Below are positions 52,121 through 62,677 of a DNA stretch of 64,000 bases, in pieces. Each line of letters starts with the position of its first letter. Positions within the stretch are counted from its first letter, which is position 1. The DNA comes from Hemiscyllium ocellatum (Eukaryota): positions 20,164,596-20,228,595 of the forward strand of contig NC_083439.1 in assembly GCF_020745735.1 (NCBI RefSeq), in the 5' to 3' direction. Both the position numbers and the translations under genes were made by a program. The notes under the pieces were generated by a model, which saw nothing but the letters and a program-made list of their open reading frames with translations, had not been told where the DNA came from and searched no databases.

Positions 52121-53364
52121 TGTTATTATGGTTCCAGATGAAATAACCCAAACTGCTAAGTTCCCTGAAAAAGAGGGATGAATGTGCTCCCCTTGTTTAT
52201 TCACCCACACACCTTGGTTGAATGCAACAAGGTTAGTTTATAAAGCATCCCGTCCCTTGTGAATACCTTTCCCCCTGACCAAAATGAACTTATTTTTAAA
52301 ACAGGCCAATTTAACCAGACTTTCTTGAATCATCAGAAAGTGGGTTTATTAATTAAGAAACGTGAAAGGCAATAGTAACGCAACACACAGATTTGAAATA
52401 AGTGGAGAGTTCAAAGATACAAGTTAAGAAAATAAATATACAGATCAATTGCTGAATTACTTGTAACAAGCAAGAATTTGCTGCTATTGCAATGGAGGTA
52501 CTGTCTGCATTGACGTTGGTAGTTGAACAGTCAGTTTCATGAAGCTTGTTTTTGTAGGCTAATTGAAGATCCTGCATCCTGATTCCTCCTTGTAACTGGT
52601 TTGTACTCAAGAGTAACAGAGGGTCTTCCTTTACATACAACACAGGAATAATTCTTTGACTGTAAATTTCACAGCAAGTTAATGCTCAAAACCAGGAAAG
52701 TACATAAAAAAGAAATCAGTCCCACCAGCCCACTCCAGAATACTCAAAACTAGCTTCTTAACCCTTTTTTTGAAATTTCTTGGAGAGTAATAGATTTTTC
52801 TGCAAGAGGTGACTCTCTGCTGAGAAGAGTGAGAGGCAGTCAACCAGTTTCGTTGCTTCTTAAGTCTCCCTGTTTGAAGTTTCCCTGACAATTTACATGT
52901 GCAACATTCCATGGGTTTCAGACAAGCCTTTGTCATACAGTCACTGAATTTAAAGCCACAATTTTTCCGTAGCCATCCTTCTTTTTAGTAGTACATATTT
53001 TGGAATTAAAAATTTAAAATGAGCAAAGTACTTTGGAATTCTGACCGGTCATCGATCACTTGCCACATAATACTTCAAGACATTTGCCTGCTACAGCTAT
53101 TGGTCTTCAACTTGCCAGTTTCATGTAGTGAAAACATACTTCATTGCTCATTTCCAAGATTCCAATATAAGCATAGCTTATTTCTCCTTTCATTTCCTGG
53201 AGACTTTTAAGATGCTTTTCTTGCAAATGTCTAGTTCATGGTTCATGTGCTTTGGTACATCATTTTTGTTTCAGGAATTAAAGTCTAACCATAGAAAATT
53301 GAATAATAATAAATAAAGCACCTTCATTTAAAAGGTTAGGTTATGTTGCTTTAAGAAACTAACA
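52121..53364 (-). mobile_element. Possible long solo LTR
   Basis: TGTTA...TAACA ends, imperfect TSD ATTG/ATTA, internal TTTATT; boundaries uncertain. Confidence 0.3.
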
Positions 53365-53371
53365 ATTAGGA

Positions 53372-53584
53372 ATGATTTGGAGATGCTGGTGTTGGACTGG
53401 GATGTAAAAAGTTAAAAATCACACAACACCGGGTTATAGTCCAACAGGTTTAATTGGAAGCACACTAGCTTTCGGAGCGTCGTTCCTTCATCAGGTGGTT
53501 GTGATGAAGGAGCGTCGCTCCGAAAGCTAGTGTGCTTCCAATTAAACCTGTTGGACTATAACCTGGTGTTGTGTGACTTTTAAC
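53372..53584. mobile_element. Fold-back Penelope-like pLTR insertion, family A, with hammerhead motif at 53463-53497 (-)
   Basis: Inverted arms plus left tail; TSD TAACAA(T/C)TAGGA (53360-53371/53581-53592). Confidence 0.85.
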
Positions 53585-54572
53585 AACTAGGACGGTAAGG
53601 TAGCTAAAATGCTGAGCTTTAGTGATGCCCAGATCACCTAAAACAAATGTCAATTCAGAGGGTTATCTAGTTTGATTAATAGAATCAAAAAAGAAGTGGA
53701 GCTATAAAGATAGTAGATGGCTTTCTTAGCTCTTTATGTGGTGTCTTCAAAACTTGCAGTCATGTCTGCTCAGACAATCAGAGCAAAGTTAGCTTAAAAG
53801 CATTCAGTAAACACTAGAAGTCAGATTAAGGACAGTCAGAAAACTGCATTGTAAATGAGATGGGTGGAACTTATGAAGGCTTTCTGGTTTCAGTTTGCCT
53901 GGAAATCTGTTTGCTGGAACAGGTTAGTTTCACTTTGAAGCTGGGAGAGTACTGAAGCAACAAAAATATGCTACCTCCTTATGACTTAACCCATTGTGAG
54001 GTATGTTGTAGAATGCCTTCCAAAAGTCCAAAAATAACACATCAACTGGTTCCCCTCTGTCCACTCTGGTTGAGATTCTTCAAAAAAACTCTCATAAATA
54101 AGTCAGGCATGACTTCCCTGTCATTAAGTCATGCTGACTCTGTTTGATTAGATTATGATTTTCCAAATGTTCATCCAGTACTTCCTTAATAATTAATTCC
54201 AATACTTTTCCAACAATAGATATCAGGTTAATTAGCTTACAGTTAGCTGATTTTTGCCTCCCTCCCCCCTTTTCTGCAGTTTTCCAAATCTCTGGTACTT
54301 ATCCAGAATCCAAGGAGTTTTGGAAAATTACAACCAATGTATCCAATGCATAAATCTCTTTGATTACTTAATTTTCGCCACTTGAATGGCGCAGTTCAAT
54401 GCACTCAGAAAAAGTGTGAAACGATTGAATTTTTCCATTTAAAATATATGCTTAGTTTCCTTTAATTTGAAAAGTAATGTGTGGAATGAGTTAAGTATTG
54501 GATACACATCATAGTAGCCACTTCATAGAAGTGATGACTTTTGCAAAGATTTGAAATTTACACATCACACAC

Positions 54573-54671
54573 CGTTCCTTTCTCTGCCAGGAATGAAATC
54601 GACTGGTCCATACCCCCACCTTCAGTGCCAATGTATCGCTCACACTTTGCACAGATCTCTGCAATTTCCAC
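54573..54671 (-). CDS. GALK2: GALK2 coding exon (human exon 6 equivalent), [33 protein letters not shown]
   Basis: 99-nt phase 0/0 exon, ttatttctag|GTG...ACG|gtgtgt; contains the galactokinase-family GGMDQ motif. Upstream exons were not found in the window. Confidence 0.96.
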
Positions 54672-54883
54672 CTAGAAATAAGTTGAGAAGAAGTGTTAAA
54701 TGTGGTCTACATATCAAACTGAATTCATACCAAAAAAATCACTTTGTTTAGTTAAAGAAAATTTATCACCACCCGCACACTTCCTTCCAAGTTACACACC
54801 ATAATGGCCTGGATCTTGTCACAAATTCTTTCATTACCCTTAGGCCAAAACCCTGAATATTCTTTCCAAATGGCACCATGAAT

Positions 54884-55600
54884 TGTTATGAAGGCGTAGA
54901 GGTACTATACCTTTAAGAGAGTTGAAAAGCTAGCAAAACTGCCTGACACAGCACAAGGTGTTCTGAACAAGGTAACAATGTAACACATGGTTGATATAAA
55001 TAGCAATCATGATTGCCATGAGACAAAAATAAATTCAAATTCAGCCAATCACTTTAAATTATGCTTCAAGATACCAAAATCCAATCACATTTGAATTTAG
55101 TATTTTGATAATATTAAAATCAATGAAACAATCCGATGTTCAGCAGTAAAGAAATGGACATTTTGAACAGCTAGAGGAAGAACTGCCACAGAAACTGCTA
55201 GGTCAAGAGCTCGCTCAGAGGTCCCTGTCTGGGGAAAGAGTTTGCACAGCAGAACATCAAAACTCACCTGGAAAGAAGCTACAGAGGAAAATCTACTGAG
55301 GAAACTTGGCAAAGCTGACTGAAACAGGTTTTTTTTGTAAATCTTAATCGGGATTTGTTTAATCGGACTAGCGTTGTAGAGTGGGAGGTAAAAGATAGGT
55401 TTAAGAGAAAGGAGTTGTAAATTCATGTTGAGTTTAATATTCTCTGTTGGACTTAAAGAATAAAGTTGTTAATTTTTACTTTAAATAGTGATCTTGGGGA
55501 TAGCTCTTTGCCTCGCGAATTTTAACAGATTACAGCACAGGTTCATCTTTTCTATGTTGCTGGTTTAAATTAGCAGAGGGGTTTACCCTGTGTCGTAACA
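54884..55600 (+). mobile_element. Solo LTR
   Basis: TGTTA...TAACA, 4-bp TSD GAAT, AATAAA at ~55458. Confidence 0.88.
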
Positions 55601-58084
55601 GAATGGATGCACCAGATGGACGATAGCTGCAGAAGGTTGCACAACACCATCTTCGCAAAGGCAATTAGGAATGGGAAACAAATGTCTTGCCAATGATGCT
55701 CATGTTGCATGAAAAAAAATACAGAAAAAACCTACTGATTGCATATATTTCCCACCTCAGTGACAATCCCCAAGGTCTGCATCTGTTTTTCTCAAACATT
55801 GAATAATTTTCAGAGCTGATTTTAACAAATTAATTGTAAGTCAACATCATGAGGTTGTATTAGGGGAATTAATGAAACACTGCAACGTGCAGAATCTTGC
55901 ATGAAATATGTTGGGACAGTCCCAATCCTCTCCTTGATCAATTGAGATCCATAGTCTTGAGTCGGAAAACATGAAAACATCAGAGTTAGTGGGTATGTTA
56001 TCTGTAATGGGGTGGAAGCATTTGGTACAGAAAGCAGATGTACAAAGTGGAACAGTCATTTTCATGTTCCAATAGTGACACAATCTACATCCACTCAGCT
56101 GAAAAAAAAACAAGTTTTAAAACCAAACTATAAATATGTTAATTTCAGAGAAGACTGAAAATCCTCAGGGTCTGTTACAAATGGAAGCTTGCATAGCATG
56201 GAAATGAGAACAGAGAAAAATCTGCCAAAATTGGTGAGGTTGAAGACAAGGTCCTTTGTTATTCATTCAGGGGATGTAGGCACCAATGGTTGGACCAACA
56301 TTTAATGCACGGTCCTAGGTGCCCCTTAAGAAGAAGGGTAATAAGCTGCCTTTATAAGCCTCTGCAGCACATTTGGTATAGGTACACCCATCATAATGCT
56401 GTCCTGGTGGGAGCTCCAGGAATTTGACCAATGACACTGAAAATACAGCGATTTGTTTCCATGTAAGAACAGTGTGTGCCGTGAAGGGGTACTTGCAGGT
56501 GGTGGTTTACTTTTGTATCTGCTGCCTTTATCCTTCTAGACGGGAGTGGATAAGGCTTTGAAGGTGCTGTTTAAGGAGCATTGGTGAACTTTTGCATTGG
56601 TGATGGTGGAAATGAATGTCTGTGGATGTGGTGCTTTGTCCTGGATAGGTTCAAGGTACTTGAGTTGCGTTGGGAATTGCACTCATTCAGGCAACTAAGA
56701 AGTATTCCTTCATATTCTTGTCTTGTGTGTCACAAACAAAGAAGAGTACGAAAACCAGATGTTTTCAAAATGTAGGTAGAGAAATAACAAAGTAAATGTT
56801 GTGCTGCAAACGGCAAAGTGCCAAGACAAAAGGACAGTAAATATTGAAACTATAAACAAAATAGCCTGAGACTACAAGAAAACAATTGATAGATAGATCA
56901 TTAAAATCAACTACAATAAGAAGTAGCCCAAGTAAAGCAAATAGAATATTGGGTTGCACACAACACGTGACATCGAACCTAAATCATGGATGTGTTACTG
57001 AGTCTACACTGTGAATTAGCTCATTCCTCTTTTGAATACTGGGTACAATTCAAGTAGAATGCAGCAAGGAGACTAAAGCATATGAAAAGATGCAGAAGAT
57101 ACCAGAGCTACAAAACTTAAACTAGACTATACTTTAGAAAGTAAGGTGTGATGAGTACAGAAATGGATCAGTTATGAGTAAAACTGAAGCGCCGCCCATT
57201 CTGATATATAATACAACTACTGGGTGCAGCATCGGGCATTTGGAGGCAGTTCAGATAGTTCTGAGCAGTTGCAGATGAAGACGATCATAGTTTCTACTCT
57301 TCATGTCACCATCAGTACAAGTTAATCTTTAAGTAATTAATGCGATGCAATAAACACATCTTGTTACAGGAGCCTCTTCTGCTGAGAATTACCAGTGACT
57401 TATTCTTCAACACAATCAATTAATAACACTATGGATTAATGCTAAAGAAAGACTGGCAGCAGCAACTGCTCAAAAGAAGAACATGATTATAACACCTTGG
57501 GCAGAAACATCTTGAAGTATTCAAATTCTAATGCTATTTAAAAGTTGAGCCATGGCCGATGGCTGAAAAAGAGAGGTGATAGGATGAAACAGATATAACT
57601 ACCTAAATGTTATAAAAGTATTTGTCCAAAAATTTTGTTGAGCTTGTTGTCCAATTTCATTCTTTAGAATTGCTGGCTAGAGGTCTCCATTTTCTGCAGC
57701 AATCTTAAATCTGTTATCAAAGTTCTTTCCCAATCATATCAGATAAGAAATGGCACTCACAATCACCTCCATTTAGAACTATGGGGAAATTCAAATGAAC
57801 ATTGTTACATCGCAATGCATCAGATTTTCTGTTTCATCTAACAAATAGTTTTGCTAAAACTATCAGATATGTTCTTATCCTTTGTTCCACAAGTGGTCAA
57901 TTCTGCAGAAAACACTAAATTCTACGGTAACTTCCATGGCTATTAAACTTGTAGAATTGTACTTTATTATATACATATGATTAAATCTACAGTCACAACC
58001 ACTTTCTAGAGTTATTTATGAATTATTACCATAATCTGACCTTCACAACAATGTGATATTTGTTTAATCAATCAATAACTAATA

Positions 58085-58850
58085 TTGTTGTGGTTCTGTT
58101 CGCCAAGCTGGGAATTTGTGTTGCAGACATTTCGTCCCCTGTCTAGGTGACATCCTCAGTGCTTGGGAGCCTCCTGTGAAGTGCTTCTGTGATCTTTCCT
58201 CCAGCATTTGTAGTGGTTTGAATCTGCCACTTCCAGTTGTCAGTTCCCGCTGTCTGCAGCAGTGGTTGGTATATTGAGTCCAGGTCGATGTGCTTATTGA
58301 TTGAATCTGTGGATGAGTGCCATGCCTCTAGGAATTCCCTGGCTGTTCTCTGTTTGGCTTGTCCAATAATAGTGGTGTTGTCCCAGTCGAATTCATGTTG
58401 CTTGTCATCTGCGTGTGTGGCTACTAAGGATAGCTGGTCTGTCATTTCGTGGCTAGTTGGTGTTCATGGATGCGGATCATTAGCTGTCTTCCTGTTTGTC
58501 CTATGTCATGTTTTGTGCAGTCCTTGCATGGGATTTTGTACACAGAGACCAGCCAGGGAATTCCTGGAGGCATGGCTCTCATCCACAGATTCAATCAATA
58601 AGCACATCGATCTGGACCCAATATACCGACCACTGCAGCGGACAACTGGAACTGACAACCAGAAGCGGCAGATTCAAACCACTACAAATGCTGGAGGAAA
58701 GATCACAGAAGCGCTTCATAGGAGGCTCCCAAGCACTGAGGATGTCACCTAGACAGGGGACGAAACGTCTGCAACACAAATTCCCAGCTCGTGAACAGAA
58801 CCACAACAACGAGCACCCGAGCTACAAATCTTCTCACAAACTTTGAATGT
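58085..58850. mobile_element. Fold-back Penelope-like element, family C (Poseidon-like GIY-YIG C-terminus)
   Basis: Both strands encode ...AREFLEAW.SSTDSINKHIDLD.IY..; arms ~58085-58352 and ~58542-58809; 37-nt tail 58810-58846; likely TSD CTAATATT. Confidence 0.88.
58733..58772 (+). ncRNA. Minimal type I hammerhead ribozyme motif (family C), core intact
   Basis: GCA-CUGAGGA-U-GUCACCU(AGAC)AGGGGAC-GAAA-CGUC-UGC; predicted cleavage after C58769; mirror copy at 58123-58162 (-). Confidence 0.8.
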
Positions 58851-59442
58851 CTAATATTTTCCACAATGAATGAATTGCATGGTTTTATCTGCACATTATT
58901 TAGATTTTAACAATTTTGTGAAATATTTTTTAAAAATCAATTTCAACAGTCAAACCGTGGTATCTTAGCAACACAGGTGAAAGGCTGGTGAAAGTATTCA
59001 CCTATTTACTTCCAGGAACAAGAGAAACTCCTTCTACTGGACCAGGCTTTGCAGTAATAATAAAAACGAATGCGTCAGTATTCACCTTCATTAATCCTTT
59101 GAAACTGATAGCAAGTTCTGGAGTCTGCAAAAAAGCAGTTGAACCTGGAAATCTAAATGTTGCTGTTAGTGATTTCATGCTTTTCAAAAGGATGTACTGT
59201 TGAAGTCCATGCAGGCTGCAATCAAATAGGATTTGCTATGTTGATGAAAACATGCCCTTTTAATTCTGTTAGTCTTTCTATAAACATCCTTGAAATATTG
59301 AGCACTGTTGAATGGGATGTAACTGGGATATTAATGGAATAAATAATACTGGGTTCATATCTACTTATGAAAAATTCCTCTGAAAAAAAACATTTAAATT
59401 TGTGAATGGTAAAATTTCTGATAAATATTAACATATTTTCCA

Positions 59443-60940
59443 GCTATGCCTGTCTCTTCGTAGGATATGTGGAACAGTCCATCTTCCGCAACTACACTGG
59501 CACCACCCCCCACCTTTTCCTCCGCTACATCGATGACTGTATCGGGGCTGCCTCGTGCTCCCACGAGGAAGTTGAACAGTTCATCAACTTTACTAACACC
59601 TTCCATCCTGACCTCAATTTCACCTGGATTGTCTCAGACTCCTCCCTCCCCTTCCTAGACCTTTCCATTTCTATCTCGGGTGACCGACTCAACACAGACA
59701 TCTACTATAAACCGACTGACTCCCACAGCTACCTAGACTACACTTCCTCCCACCCTGTCCCCTGTAAAAACGCCATCCCCTATTCCCAATTCCTTCGTCT
59801 CCGCCGCATCTGTTCCCAGGAGGACCAGTTCCAATACCGTACAGCCCAGATGGCCTCCTTTTTCAAGGACCACAGATTCCCCCCGGACGTGATCGACGAT
59901 GCCCTCCACTGCATCTCCTCCACTTCCCACTCCTCCGCCCTTGAGCCCCGCCCCTCCAACCGCTACCAAGACAGAACCCCACTGGTTCTCACCTACCACC
60001 CCACCAACCTCCGTATACAGCGTATCATCCGCCGTCATTTCCGCCACCTCCAAACGGACCCCACCACCAGGGATATATTTCCCTCCCCTCCCTTCCCCTA
60101 TCAGCGTTCCGCAAAGACCACTCCCTTCGCGACTCCCTCGTCAGGTCCACAACCCCCACCAACCCAACCTCCACTCCCGGCACCTTCCCCTGCAACCGCA
60201 GGAAATGCAAAACTTGCGCCCACACCTCCTCCCTTACTTCTCTCCGAGGCCCCAAGGGATCCTTCCATATCCGCCACAAATTCACCTGCACCTCCACACA
60301 CATCATCTATTGCATCCACTGCACCCGATGTGGCCTCCTCTATATTGGGGAGACGGGCCGCCTACTTGCGGAACGCTTCAGGAAACACCTCTGGGACGCC
60401 TGGACCAACAAACCCAACCACCTCGTGGCTCAACACTTTAACTCTCCCTCCCAATCCACTGAGGACATGCAGGTCCTTGGACTCCTCCATCGCCAGAACA
60501 TAACAACACGACGGTTGGAGGAAGAGCGCCTCATCTTCCGCCTGGGAACCCTCCAACCACAAGGGATGAACTCAGATTTCTCCAGTTTCCTCATTTCCCC
60601 TCCCCCCACCTTGTCTCAGTTGATTCCCTCGAACTCAGCACCGCCCTCCTAACCTGCAATCTTCTTTCTGACCTCTCCGCCCCCACCCCACCCCGGCCTA
60701 TCACCCTCACCTTGACCTCCTTCCACCTATCACATCTCCATCGCCCCTCCCCCAAGTCCCTCCTCCGTACCTTTTATCTTAGCCTGCCTGGCACACTCTC
60801 TTCATTCCTGATGAAGGGCTCTGGCCCGAAACATCGAATTTCCTGTTCCTTGGATGCTGCCTGACCTGCTGTGCTTTAACCAGCAACACATTTTCAGCTC
60901 TGATCTCCAGCATCTGCAGACCTCACTTTTTACTCGAAGG
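59443..60940 (+). mobile_element. 5'-truncated Penelope-like retroelement, family B (Neptune-like): RT C-half, GIY-YIG endonuclease and 3' pLTR
   Basis: RYIDD and LPFLD RT motifs, YKPTD..YL...S.HP, CxxxxCxxC linker, IIYCIHCTRCGLLYIGET GIY-YIG; frameshift near 60090; TSD TATTTTCCA (59434-59442/60941-60949). Confidence 0.92.
60804..60839 (+). ncRNA. Minimal type I hammerhead ribozyme motif (family B)
   Basis: AUUC-CUGAUGA-A-GGGC(UCUG)GCCC-GAAA-CAUC-GAAU; stem III ACGU appears decayed to ACAU. Confidence 0.8.
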
Positions 60941-62004
60941 TATTTTCCACTTAAACAAATTTATGATGTTTTAGCTTCTGTCTTAATCCATTGTGAAATT
61001 TCCAATCATTTATTTCGTTCTACATAAAAATTTAATTGAAAATGAAGTGCATTTGTTTCTTGGTTGGGGATCTATGACAATACTTAAAAATGAAATTGGT
61101 CTGTTGACATCACTGATTCAAGATGTTCTGACTTAACACCAAATTCAAATTAATATAAGGAGAATGAAAATCCACAGCAGAGGTCACTAGATCTTTGTGG
61201 TCAGCAACAAACATTATTGTTTTGCCAGTGACCATAAAATCTCAGCAATTATTTGCAAAATGTTCAAGAGGACCAATTTTAGTCAAAATCACGTAAAATA
61301 CTATTACTACTCTCACTAAATATTTTAACATATATTTCTCTGTTGTTTTTAATTATGCCAATTTGCTTAAGTATAGTTTGTCTTGTGCCCTAGCCAAGTC
61401 TGTTTCCCCAGTTAGAATGACCACTGACTACATGGAGATAAACTGCTCTCCTACTGCAGTAGATTCCTTAGATAACTTCCAAAAAATAAGGCCACCCACT
61501 GTTTGAATTTAGTTACACTGTAGTTAACTGTTACCATTGTGTTATCCTACATTTATCCTTATGATTCTGCTTCCATACATATAATCTAAATGTGAGTAAT
61601 GTTGATGAGATATATTAGAATCAGTTAAAAAGGCTAGAGATAAATGTTGCAGGTATAGTTTGACAAAATTTTATATGTAGAACAATATTATTAGAACAAA
61701 GTATAAACGTTACTGATTTTAAGATTATAATCAGGAGCAGTAAAGATTAAAAGATCAGTAACAACATAGATATCACAAACTTGAATACCTGTGGAATATA
61801 GTTATAATGCAGTTAATTTTGGTTCACTTTACTGCACTAGATTTAAAGCAACTACTTAATAACATCAGACCTCATCATTTTAGAACCTAATGCTGTGCAA
61901 TTAACTAAGATACACAAAAGATTTAATTATGCTTGTCTTCCAAGTGAAATACAGTCTTATGAACAGTAAAATAAGATATACATTTTACATACACTTGTAG
62001 AACC

Positions 62005-62677
62005 TGTTATGAACCAGGCCAGACCCCCTCAAAACATTTCAAGAAGGTCAACCAGACATTAACTTTTTTAATTGCGTTAGGCATATGTAAGGTGAATATT
62101 CCAGGAGTGATGCAGCTGGTCAAACCACTGAGTTTTAAACAAAACAGAATTTATTTACAGACTACCGAATGAAACACGAACAAAAGAGAAAACAATATAG
62201 AATAACTTAAGCTGTCTGAAAACTCAACTGACTCTATCGCAACTTAAATGACTCTGTTCCAATTTCCTGCAGCATCCCCAAAAATACACCCTTTGGCACA
62301 AAAGGTAAATTCAACCCCAGGTTCTTACAGGACAGGTGTTAGAGAGAGAATGACAGAGAGAGAGAATCAACCAGGGATCATTTGCTAAAGTATGGACCCT
62401 CTTTCCACTGCAGCTGTTTCTCTAGCTCCCCAGCTAAAATTAACTGCTAAAAGTAAACCAAATTAGAAAAATCTCTGAACTGGAAAAACTGTCCACTTCT
62501 CTTTCATTGTACAAGTGTTTTAAATAAAAAGCCCTTTTCCCTGATTGTTGCCTTATGTAGTATCTGTTAACCATAATCAAAGTGGCCTAATCCCAATCAA
62601 ATTAGAACCTCTGCCTTTTACAACCCCTTTTGAAAAAAACAAGAACATATCCTTGCTAAAGAAACAGCATCATCACA
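62005..62677 (-). mobile_element. Solo LTR
   Basis: TG...CA, 4-bp TSD AACC. Confidence 0.85.

Noticed and set aside
58990-59390. Exon-like minus-strand segment (tttttttcag acceptor, short ORFs)
   Set aside because: No similarity to GALK2 exon 5 or any protein I recognise; stops interrupt the frames.
59406-60503. 365-aa ORF as a host gene
   Set aside because: It is a truncated, frameshifted PLE RT; the N-terminus comes from flanking intron and the Pro-rich tail is out of frame.
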